Below, piece by piece: positions 1-10,808 of a DNA stretch of 64,000 nucleotides. The position numbers and the translations under genes were made by a program. The notes beneath the pieces were generated by a model, which did no database searches, was not told the origin of the DNA, and worked only from the letters and a program-made list of their open reading frames with translations. Source of the stretch: the human T2T-CHM13v2.0 reference genome, Homo sapiens; NCBI RefSeq assembly GCF_009914755.1, contig NC_060939.1. The stretch is one strand, 5' to 3'. Each line of letters begins with the position of its first letter. The stretch's first letter is position 1.

Positions 1-269
1 CAAAGATGATTCTAAATCTTTCCAAATCTTCACATGATGAATGCCCTTGTAAACATTTTCACTGTGGCTGGAATGTTTGTCAATATCCAGAGTTTCTGGC
101 TAAGTACAATTTGTCTTTCAAAACACTACCTTAAGTCTACCTCTTTCAGGAACTCCTCTGGGGCAGAGTTGGCTCGCTGCCCATCAAAGACTTATACTTC
201 CTTTCTATAAGTCAGAGCTGATTTTGGAAAAAGGCTACCTAGCCAGGGAATAAATTTCCAACCCTCTAA

Positions 270-625
270 AGCCTAGATGGGGCCATTTGATTGGTTCTAG
301 CCAATAAAATGTGAGGGAAAGGGATGAGTGTCACTTCCAGGCTAAGATAATTAAAAACTGCATGTATCTTCTTTAATCTCTCTCTTCTCCTATCAGCTGG
401 TTGGAGTTCAACCCTCATAGAGACCCCAGAAGCCACAGCATGTTGAAGACGCACGGCCTCTATTGGATTGAGTCTCCAGACACGCAGAGTAGAACTTCTC
501 CATCTCCCTACTCCCTTGCCCACAACCCCAATCCCCACCTACCAGAAACACCTGCAATAAACTATTAGATGGATAAGAAATAGCTTCCATAGTCAAGCCA
601 TTGAAACTTTGGATTTAGTTGTTGT
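270..625 (+). mobile_element. Ancient MaLR LTR fragment (MLT1H-K type)
   Basis: Motifs GGGGCCATTTGATTGGTTCTAGCCAATAAAATGTGAG...GTGTCACTTCCAGGC and 3' AAGCCATTGAAACTTTGG resemble MLT1H/I/J LTRs; boundaries approximate. Confidence 0.6.
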
Positions 626-664
626 TGTTATTGTTGTTGTTGTTGCTGCTGCTACTGCTGCTAC
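618..664. repeat. Compound (GTT)n/(GCT)n microsatellite
   Basis: Read directly: gttgttgttgttattgttgttgttgttgctgctgctactgctgctac. Confidence 0.9.
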
Positions 665-1039
665 AGATAGTATTATGATAACGAATATACCCTTCGAATC
701 TCTCCCATATAGTTTAATATTCCTTTTTAAGCTGTACTAGAACAAGAGTCCATGGCTGCGCTTGCTTTGTTATTATATAACACAGATATTCATGGGTCCA
801 TCTTTCCTACCAGTTTATATCTCCTGAGGGGAGGTACTGGGTCATTGTTAACTCTGCATGTCTAGCTACTGGAACAGAATGGCTAGTCATTAATGTTTGC
901 CAAATCAGTTTTTGAAGAAAAGAAATGAAATTCTGTGATGTTTAGCAGTTTACACAGCACTTCCCCATATTTGATTTCAGTTTTGATCTGTACTCATTCA
1001 GCGTATCTTTGTATAAAACCGTTTGTTCTCTGAGTGGGG

Positions 1040-2215
1040 AGACTCTGGTAATATGGTTCTTATTATCCTGTATGGGTGAACCTGCCCCGATAGTCACGTA
1101 GGTTCTTTTCTGTTTTCCCTAAGTGTCGGCCAGCTTGAGAAATAAAGGGACAGAGTACAAAAGAGAGAAATTTTAAAGCTGGGCATCTGGGGGAGACATC
1201 ACATGTCGGTAGGTTCCGTGATGCCCCACAAGCCACAAAACCAGCAAGTTTTTATTAGGGACTTTCCAAAGGGGAGGGAGTGTAGGAATAGGGTGTGGGT
1301 CACAGACATCAAATACTTCACAAGGTAATAGAATATCACAAGGCAAATGGAAGCAGGGCAAGATCACAGGACCACAGGACCGGGGCAAAATTAAAATTGC
1401 TAATGAAGTTTCGGGCACCATTGTCATTGATAACATCTTATCAGGAGACAGGGTTTTGAGAGCAACTGGTCTGACCAAAATTTATTAGGTGGGAATTTCC
1501 TCTTCCTAATAAGCCTGGGAGCGCCATGGGAGACTGGGGTCTATTTCACCTCTACAGTTTCAACCACAGAAGACGGCCACGCCCAGGGGGGCCAGTTCAG
1601 AGACCCACCCCCAGGCGTGTATTCTGTTTCCCAGGGATGTTCCTTGCTGAGAAAAAGAATTCAGCGATATTTCTCCCATTTGCTTTTGAAAGAAGAGAAA
1701 TATGGCTCTGTTCCACCCTGCTCACCGGTGGTCAGAGTTTAAGGTTATCTCTCTTGTTCCCTAAACAATTGCTGTTATCCTGTTCTTTTTTCAAGGTGCC
1801 CAGATTTCATATTGTTTAAACACACATGCTCTACAATTTGTGTAGTTAACACAATTATCACAGGGTCCTGCAGCGACATGCATCCTCCTCAGGTTACAAG
1901 ATGACAGGATTAAGAGATTAAAGACAGGCAAAGGAAGTCACAAGGGTATTGACTGGGGAAGTGATAAGTGTCCATGAAATCTTCACAATTTATGTTTATA
2001 GATTACAGTAAAGACAGGCATAAGAAATTATAAAAGTATTAATTTGGGGAACTAATAAATGTCCATGAAATCTTCACAATCCATGTTCTTCTGCCATGGC
2101 TTCAGTCAGTCCCTCCATTTGTGTTCCCTGACTTCCTGCAACAATCCTGGTTTTACCAAAGAAAACTTTGACACTCAGAGAGTTTAGATTGTCAGAGTGG
2201 CCTGGCTAAGTACGG
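1040..2215 (-). mobile_element. MIR fragment split by the MER11 LTR
   Basis: Joining the flanks gives TATTATCCTG|GTTTTACCAAAGAAAACTTTGACACTCAGAGAG, similar to the MIR core. Confidence 0.55.
1071..2143 (-). mobile_element. MER11 (probably MER11C) solo LTR of HERV-K11/HML-8
   Basis: Minus strand begins TGTTGCAGGAAGTCAGGGAAC and ends GCAGGTTCACCCATA like the MER11 consensus; 1073 bp; perfect 6-bp TSD ATCCTG at 1065-1070 and 2144-2149; internal repeat TGTCCATGAAATCTTCACAAT present twice. Confidence 0.92.
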
Positions 2216-2652
2216 GTACCATGTGCCACATAGGACGGTGGCCAGTAATGACTGTCTCTTAAGTGATTCCCACTTAGATGTATGTGGTCAGGGTGACCTA
2301 GCTAATAACTTGCCTTCTGTTGTAGGAACATTTTCTCTCTTTCTTCTCTGAAGAATTGTTCAGAGATTTCACTGCCTGGTGAGGTATATGAGGAATATCA
2401 ATTCTCTCATCCTCAGGCCTGTCTCAGCCTAGTCTGTGCAAATATTGTCTCAGAAAACTAGGTTGCCATAAAACATATACAATTACTTTGTAAATCATAG
2501 AGGCAATAGCAGGTGAGCTGGTGCCCAGATACATGACTACTGGGTTTAATGCAGTGTGCTATACTCTGGAATCACTGATGGGTTTAAATCCAGAAAATTA
2601 AAGTGCAATACTAAATGCCAGAGGTCAGCATCCTGGCACTGGCACCCCTATC

Positions 2653-3118
2653 TGCAGCAGACACTGTTGGCTGCCTACTCAACGGTCATCTTCCTCTTCT
2701 TCCTAAGAAAATCTGATTTTGTTCAAGGACGACAACCTCCCCACACAGCCACAGGCTCCTGCTTTAGGGATGGGCATATCATGCGATGCTGGCCCAGAGA
2801 TGTAAGGAGAAGTCTGCTGGAGACTTCCTGGGAGAGATAAAAAAGAGACATGGGAAGAGGTGATCTTCCTTTTTCAAGTGAATGTAGCCAGGTTTGGATG
2901 TGATGTATGGAACTACTGCAGCCAACTTGGAGATGAAAGCAATGTGCAAACAAGGCCAGAGCCAAAAGATATGCAGGGAAGAACAGCTGGAGCTCTGAAG
3001 TATCACACTTCCAGTCTGTCTGACCAATGGGCTTCCTTCCTATGTGAGATGATAAATTCCTGGGCCCATTAAGCCATTTTGAGTTTACTTGCATTTGAAC
3101 ACACTGTAAACAATACAT
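2653..3118 (+). mobile_element. MaLR LTR (MLT1J-like)
   Basis: Starts TGCAGCAGACACTGTTGGCTGCCTACTCAAC...CTTCTTCCT...GATTTTGTTCA and ends TTAAGCCATTTT...TTACTTGCA, typical of MLT1J. Confidence 0.7.
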
Positions 3119-3179
3119 TACCAATATCAGCCAGTCATTGAATTTGGTTAACTGTAACAGAAAACTCAAGAGAAGCTGA

Positions 3180-3300
3180 ACCAGGCATGGTGGCTCACGT
3201 CTGTAATCCAAGCTACTCAGGAGGCTGAGGGAGGAGGATGGCTTGAGCCAGGGGATTGAGACCAGGCTGGGCAACATAGCGAGACCCCATCTCAAAAAGA
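3180..3300 (+). mobile_element. Alu monomer (FLAM) followed by a GA-rich tail, inside a minus-strand MLT1-type LTR (~3123-3760)
   Basis: Single Alu arm CCAGGCATGGTGGCTCACGTCTGTAATCC...GAGACCCCATCTCAAAAA. Confidence 0.85.
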
Positions 3301-4517
3301 GGGGCAGGGGAAAAGAGAGAGAGAGAGAGAGAGGAGAGAAGCCTAAGTAAGAAAGGAGATTATTTCTGTCCTGTAATAGTAAGCCTAGAGATAGATAATC
3401 ACTGGCTTTGGTTTATTGGCTCAAGGATGTCAGGGCCAAGATCTCTAAAATTATCTTGGCTTTTTCCTCATATTTGGAAGAAAGATGCTTCAGCTCCAGT
3501 CATTATGTCTGAGTTCCAATAATGGGGGGAAGGACCAGAAGGAGGAAGGCATAGTGTTTACTTTAAGAAAGCAAAACTTTATCAATAATCCCCAGAAGGT
3601 TTTTGTTTACAACTACTGGTTTCAAAAATGGTATAGAATAATAGTTTTTCATCTGAGCACAACGTCATTCTCAACAAAGGGGTTGTTGTTTGTTTTGTTT
3701 TGTTTTAGTAAGGAAAAGGAGGAGAATACTGGGTAGAAAAATAGAAGTTTCTGCCATATCACTTTTTAATGTTGAGAGCTGAAACTCCCATTGAAAGAAG
3801 AGCCTATGTCTTCAACTGGAATATCCAGAATCCAATCAAAGTAGGCAAGGAGTAGTCAAAAAATACCATGCATGAATGATCTCTGACACCATAAAAGATC
3901 TAACAAAGGAGAATTTTTGTAACCAAAGGGGATACAAACAAGGGATCTGGACAACAAAGGTGAGAGTTTAAACAATCATCTGAGCACGGACCTCAAGAAG
4001 ATCACGGCAAGGAAATTGTGCTTTGCCTCAGCCTGGGAGTTGTTTGGGAATGAACGAGTTGCAAGTATTGTTAGTCCAAGGTTTGCTGAGACGGTAAGTG
4101 GAGAATCTGTCTGTATGTGGAAGGAGAGTACAAAAAGGTAGCTCCATGACCTCACTTAAAAGATGTTATTCTTCTACTCCAGAACTTTACTAGCCTGTTC
4201 CCACATGGAAAGTGAACCCCATGCAATCATCTTCCTGCTCTCCCAATTTTCTAATAAAATGTCTAAGAACATAAAGACAGAAAAATCTGTATCAGTGCAA
4301 TGGAGAGTACCATCAAAGGCAAGAAATTTCATAGAATTCATGTAGATTGAAATTGGTTGAAGACATTTTTACTTATCTCCTAGTTGATAGCATCTAAAGA
4401 AAAAGTTCTTGTAGGCAGCAAGTGGATGTATCCGTAGAAGAACTATTCTTCAGCCATTCTTTTTCTCTTGTCACTCTGAGATTCAAATTGCTCATACAGC
4501 TGGTCTCTGATATTGTC

Positions 4518-4723
4518 CAGTGGTATGCTGGTTAACGTGTAACAATAAGCTCTACAGGGAGCGAGAGATGGTTCCTGATTTGTGGCATTTGCTGATTTCC
4601 ATGATAAATAATTCCACTAAGGTCAATTTCAGTTCAGTTCTTTGTCACTGAACAAAGAGTTGGAAATATATGTGCATAACTGTCTCTCATAAGCTAGTGA
4701 AAGCCAGCTGTACTACACCACTG
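4518..4723. mobile_element. MER63-type hAT DNA transposon (non-autonomous)
   Basis: Terminal inverted repeats CAGTGGTATG... / ...TACACCACTG; ~205 bp. Confidence 0.7.
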
Positions 4724-4789
4724 GCATTGTGGCACAGATTTTGAATGCTCTATTCTGGGTTTGTTGCGGGTTGTTGCTTTTTTTAAAAA

Positions 4790-6240
4790 CCTTTTTCCTT
4801 TTTAAATTTCATTTAGCTAATTTTGATTAACTTATCTTCGGGTTCACTGATCATTTCCTTGGCTGTGTTGTGTCTACTAATGAGCCCATAGAAAGTATTC
4901 TTCTGTGTTATTATGTTTCTCAGTCCTAGCATTTTCATCCAATTATTTCATAGTTTCCATCTAATAAAATCAACCATCTGGTTCATGCATGTTGCCCACC
5001 TTTTCCATTATCATTTTTAACATATTAATCATTGTTGTTTTTAATTTCCTGTGTGACAGTTCCAACTTCTGTCATATCTGAGTCTGCTATGGTTTATTTC
5101 TTTGTCTCTTCACAGTGTGTTGGTTTTTTCTTGCTTCTTTGTATGCTTCATAAATACATGTTGAAAGTTGATAGGATATTAGAGAATGTATTAAATAAGT
5201 ATTATGCCTGGAAATGCCTTTCCTCCTGCCAGGACTTTTAGGTGACGTTTGAATCAACTTAGTTGGAAGTTAAACAAGTTTTGGAATTTGTTGCTGTTAT
5301 GGTTAATCTCAGTGTTCTATAGTCTTCAAAATTCTCCAGTGTTGCTTTTTGTTCAGAGTAGTGGCTGGTATGCCAGAGAGGGTTTCTTAACATATGCTCT
5401 ACTCACAACTTTGGGGCTTCCCTTTGCACTGAATTTCTGAGATTTCTTCCCATGCTGTTGTCCCTCTCCCAGAATATACCACTGTTACTTGACATTTATT
5501 AGCATGAAGAGGTGAGTGAAAAATGGGGGGCAGCATTTTTAGTATTCTTAATTAAGCCTCAGACATGGACAGGCATAGTATCCACAAATCTTAAGGGTGG
5601 AGTATTTTCAGTGGTCCTTCCCTGCCCCCATTTGTAGGTCTGGACTGTTCACATATTCTTACCCATCTCTTAGGGGCAGAGGGTTTTTTCTATTTCCTTC
5701 CACCTGCTGCAATGAGTTTTCACCAGTGCCCTATAGGCAAAGTATTTTTCCCTGTCCCAACAGGACTTGGGACTTTTGTCCCAGAGAGAAGACACTGTTC
5801 TACTCCCCCAGTCCTGCACCAGCATGGACACTTTCTTAGGACTCTCACCCTGCCCCTAATCTTTTTTCTGAGCACCTGTTGAAATCCTTGGAGAAGAGTC
5901 TTAGGTGGGTGGGAATTCCCTTTGTGTCTGTGGTCCCAGATACTATATATTCTCTCACTAGCCCACACTCTGCCTTTAACATTTCGTTAAGGTTTTAGCT
6001 GAATTCTTCTTACCAGCATCCACTGCCATCTACCCTGGGTAAGGAAATGCTCATGACCCATCTCTCCTTGGTGATGGTGCCTTTCCCTGGATTTTATTTC
6101 AGTCAGTTGTCCGGCAGCCTCAGCTCTCTGATGAATTCAAGAAAAGCTGTGTATTTGTAGGTTTCTAATACTGTCTTAGCTGTAAAAATGAAAACGATTT
6201 TCCTCCCTGCTCTCCACATCCCAGGCAGAAGCCAGAAGCC
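4790..6240 (-). mobile_element. Old L1 (L1M/L1MC-MD type) 5' region and ORF1 remnant
   Basis: T-rich antisense L1 ORF1-like text (TTCACTGATCATTTCCTTGGCTGTG...TCTACTAATGAGCCCAT) and L1M 5'-end-like CACATCCCAGGCAGAAGCCAGAAG. Confidence 0.6.
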
Positions 6241-7017
6241 CCAAATATGGACTCTCCATATGTAAATTATAAGAGTATGCTGTGTTCAACTCTGTAAAAA
6301 TAAATTTCAAAATCTCTGTGAAATACATATATTTCTTTAAATCTTATTTGCAAAGTTATATAAAACATTTTGCTGTTATTATTAAAGATTGAAGATATAA
6401 AACTGGTTTGTTGATGGTCTGAACTCAGTGGGACACAAACGTGAATTTTTTTTCAGAGTCTTCAACTCTGCCTTGTCTGTTTCTCTTATCAACACCTTGA
6501 TGACACTTAGGGCAAAACCTACATAGCTTTCTGGTCACTTTTAGGTAATTTTCTTTTTAAGTCCAGTTGCATTGAAAACTTAAACTTCTTATTATCCTGT
6601 CTCCTCTCCCAAGTGTTCTCTTAGTTACACCGACTGACCATCCATGCCCTCCATGTAGCAGGCACTCAAGTGCTGGTTCTTGGGGAGGTTAGAGGCAGCG
6701 GGGCATAAGCTTTTCAGAAAGGTACTCTCCGTGACACAGGGAGATGGCTCTGGCACCTCTCTCAATATGGAATATTTAGTATTTAGTATTTATTTTCCTC
6801 AACTTTAAGGCATTGACAGCAATTCTAGACAACACAGAAAGCCACGTTTATCAATATTCTTTCACACAAGCTTCCCCCTCTCTGGTATATCTTCTGCATT
6901 TCAGAGACAGAAACCACATTCAATAATGCCATCTGATTATCTTTGAGCAGCTCCCCATCACTAAGAGGACAATGCTTAAATTCCTTAATAGGAACTACTG
7001 TAAGGGAAGGGGGCGAG

Positions 7018-7215
7018 GAGCTAACATTTGCTGTAAGTCTACAGTGTGCCAACCACTTTACATGGGTTATTTTATTTGAAGTTATAACCCTCTTGAGAGG
7101 TAAGTCTTATTATTCCAAGTTTTTAATTAAAGTAAATCAGTCACAGGAAGATTAAGTAGTTACCTACAGCACATAGCTATAAGCATAGATGTGGGATTTG
7201 AACCCGATTCTAAAT
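7018..7215 (-). mobile_element. MIR
   Basis: Degenerate MIR core ending GGGATTTGAACCC (B-box). Confidence 0.7.
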
Positions 7216-7312
7216 CTAAACTTAAAACCTGAACCCCGGTTTCCAAGGCCTAGCTGATCCCACTACTACACTTTGCTGCCTTCCTTCCTGATGTGGAACC
7301 TTTGTTTCTGAG

Positions 7313-7454
7313 CAGGGGCTCCCAACCTAGGCTGCACATTGGAGTCACCTGGAAAACCATTTCTGAGCAGGTGGGGGTGAGGGTGGTCTAGAGGAAGATA
7401 GCTTTTGAAAAGCCCCAGGGATTTTAGTGTGCAGCCAAGGCTGAGAACAACTGC
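7313..7454. mobile_element. MER5-type hAT-Charlie DNA transposon
   Basis: CAGGGGCTCCCAACCTAGGCTGCACATTGGAGTCACCTGG...GTGCAGCCAAGGCTGAGAACAACTG. Confidence 0.75.
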
Positions 7455-7519
7455 TTTAGAGCTCATCTCTGACCTCTTTCTTCCAAGCGCTCTGCTCTAA
7501 CCTTACAGAGATTCCTGGG

Positions 7520-7870
7520 GGCTCTCCCACATGGGGCTTGCTTATTCCACCTCCAGGCCTTTGCACATGCTATTCTCTCAGAGTAGAAAATCCCCCCCAT
7601 GATTTCTCGTCACACAAGATTCAGTCCCAGTGTCATCTCCTCTGTGAATCGTTCCCCAGACCCCATTGGCACAGTTTCTTGCTCCTTTATCCTCAAGGCA
7701 CATTATGTATAAATCTGTTGCCATTTATCCCAAGTTATTTTAATGATTATTGAACAGTAATTCTTCCCTTTGAGAATCTGAGCTCTTTGATAAGTATTCT
7801 CTGTTTCTCCATCTCATAACATCATCCATGACCCAAATCAGGCCCTCAGAAATATTAGTTAAATTAATAA
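7520..7870 (+). mobile_element. L2 3' fragment
   Basis: GGCCTTTGCACATGCTATTC...TCATCTCCTCTGTGAATCGTTCCC, typical of L2. Confidence 0.65.
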
Positions 7871-8558
7871 ATTTCACTTTCATAGGAATAAAAATCATAA
7901 TTGGGCAAGGAAGACTCTACTTGTTCTCAGATTCTTCTGTCTCCACCTGTAGTGAGCTTGACCTTGAAACCACATGGGTGGGGTCTTGATATACAAAGAG
8001 CAATAAAGCAGCTGCAGGAGAGAGCTGGCCTTGCAAATGTAGCCCCTTAAGGTGACAGCTTATGCGGCAGCTGGTGTTCTGCTACCACAGCCAGGCCCAG
8101 CTCCTGGCCGGACCCTTCTTTGCCTGCTGTCCCGTTCCCTGGGCTCCATCTGCAGAACAGGACAGCTCCCATTGCCCTTTCTCTTCACTCCAAGGAACAC
8201 TGCATTGTAGATTTAACTTGAAGTTCAAAATTCCCAGAAACACTCCACTTTAGAATAGTGACACTCAGAGTGGAAGGTAGGGCTGGCACCTACCTAGCGT
8301 GTCCCATCAGCGTCTATGAGCCACTGTCATATGTATCTTCTCTTATAAGCCTCTAAACTCCTCTCAAAAGTAGGCATTATCATACTCATTGAACAGATCA
8401 GGAAAGCATAAGTCAGCAGGAACAAGGGACTCATCGCTCATTGCACAACTAATCAGAGACAGAGCCAGGATCCAATGCCAGGTCCCCAGGCCCTGGAGCC
8501 AGCACCTCCATCCCTCAGGGCCGCCTGATTCCACCGGGGACATTCCTAGGAGGTGAAA

Positions 8559-8745
8559 CAGAGTTTCTCAACCTTGGCACTGTTGACACTTTGGACTAGA
8601 TAATTCTTCTGTACAGGGGCTGTGCTGGGCACGGTAAGATGCATCCCTGGCCTCTACCCATTAGATGGCAGTAGCACCTCCCAGTTATGACAACAAAAAA
8701 TAAAAATTGCCAAATAACCCCTGGTGGCAAAATGCCCCATGGATG
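8559..8745 (+). mobile_element. MER20 DNA transposon
   Basis: CAGAGTTTCTCAACCTTGGCACTGTTGACACTTTGGACTAGATAATTCTT...CCCTGGCCTCTACCCATTAGATG. Confidence 0.85.
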
Positions 8746-8959
8746 TTCACAATGTAAAGGATTTGACCCCATTCCAGTCTCAGATCTTGCTTGCAAATAA
8801 CTGAAACTGATCCTGGTTCACTTAAGGGGAGAAAAAAGGGATGCATTGGAAATGGTATTGGATGACTCATAAGATCCACGGGGATGCCGTAGAATAAGAT
8901 TCAGAAAAAAAGAGGAGGGAACAGAGGGGGCCAGATCACCAAAATCACACCACAGGAAA

Positions 8960-9200
8960 ACTTCATTCATCCTTCCAACAAATATTTAATCTAACAACGA
9001 TGGATGGAGTGCCTACCATGTGCCAGGCCCTTGGGATACGTCAGCAAACAAAACAGACAAAGCGCCCACCCCCATGAAGCTTGCATTCCAGTGGGGAAAA
9101 CCATAAGCAATAAACATTTTAGAAAGTAAGTAACATGATATATTAGAAAATGGCAAATGCAGCCTTTTTAAAAAGTAGAGGAAGATAAGGGGGAGACGTG
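8960..9200 (-). mobile_element. L2a 3' end, within MLT1K-like LTR sequence (~8770-9540)
   Basis: TTCATTCATCCTTCCAACAAATATTT...GAGTGCCTACCATGTGCCAGGC. Confidence 0.7.
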
Positions 9201-10493
9201 GATGCTGAGAGGGGATAGGGAAAGATAGGCCTGATTTAGTCTAGCTGAAACATCACTGCCACACGCAGGTCACTCACTACTTCTGGCACCTGCCTGCTGC
9301 CCACTGGAGACCATGAATATCACTTCTATCCTGAGACTGTAGAGGTCATTGCTAGAGGAATGAATTCTCTGTCCCTTGCTTCTCACCATCGCTAACTCCA
9401 GCTTTACTGTCTCAGGTAGGAGCATCTGCTTGGACAAGCCTGGATCACATGACTGCATCCCAGCTCACATGACTGCATCCCAGCAACCCAGACATGGGAT
9501 GGCAAATGTCTGACCATTTTGGCTTCTATAGTAGGACGTACACATCAGATGCCGGGCTGAAAAAAATAAAAGAATGCCCATTGTGAGGACATAACCTCAG
9601 AAATTAGGCCAACAGGCAGGACCGATGAGAGGAATGAGGTAAAGAGATCAGAACACATTAGCAGAGGGTTTATGAAATGAGATTCTGATTCCAGAGGCCA
9701 GCTCAGTGGAGCCCATTATGTGTCTTCTTATAAACAGGTCCTTTTAAAAAATCCAACAAACTGTAAATAATTCTGTACAAACTAGATTTCCACTTCAATG
9801 AGTCTGTGTTAAGCAAAGTCTGATGAAGAAAAATCGAGCCATTTAGATTGCTGTTTCCATAACCAGGATGGAGTATCACATTTAAATTTGTAGGAACAGT
9901 GATTAGGGCACGGGGGGGTCATCGTTTCAAATGCAGCATCTCTCTCCTGTGTTGTATTAAGCACCTCTTCTGGCTGTTTGCCTGAACACGAGGTCTTGAT
10001 TCATCCTCTAATTGTTGTCAAGATGCAGTTCAGTCACGAAGGTCAAAAAAACAAAATGTCTAAATCGGCAGCAAAATGAACATTCATGCTCCTTCCCATT
10101 TCGTTAATCTATTTAAGCCAATTTTGCATCTATTGTTTATGAGATTTTCCTACTGGTTGGTGGCTTTGCAGCACATGTTCACTCAGGACACTCTATCACA
10201 GCCATCCTGTTGTTGATGGCCAAGAACTACCAAGATTAGTAGGTAGCCATGCTATACCAGACACTAAATATTTGAACACCTCTCTGGTAGAGCCTCGGGG
10301 GAAATTGGCCCTTCTTCTATGTAAGTCATGAAACAGAAATTTGGAACTGACCTTATGGGGTATGGGATCCACTTCACAGGAGTGAAAACAGAGGCCAAAA
10401 AAAGCAAGGACTTCCTTAAAGATACACAGTAAGCCCCTGCCTTCCTGGCTTCCTTCCTGGTTCAGGATGAGAATTAAGATCAGCAGAACTTAG

Positions 10494-10808
10494 AGCAGCT
10501 CTGGCCAGTGGAAATACAATGCAAGCCACAAATGCAAGCTGCACATGTCATTCTAAATTTTTCAGTAGGCACATTTTTAAAAGATAAAAAAAGAACCAAG
10601 TGAAATAAGCACAAATAATATATATTTTATTTAAATCAGTATATCCAATATATTATCATTTCAACATGTAATCAATAGAAAAAACTATTAAGTCTTTTAC
10701 ATTCTTTACTAAGTCTTCAAACCCCAGTGTGTGTGCATTTTCTATTCGCAGCACATCTCCATCAGGAGTAACTGCACGCAGCTCCTGAGGCTGCCATATT
10801 GGACAGCG
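10494..10808. mobile_element. MER33/MER3-type hAT-Charlie DNA transposon
   Basis: AATACAATGCAAGCCACA...TTCTAAATTTTTCAGTAGGCACATT...GCTGCCATATTGGACAGC. Confidence 0.8.

Noticed and set aside
2723-3295. 190-aa minus-strand ORF
   Set aside because: Begins in a FLAM and runs through MLT1 LTR sequence.
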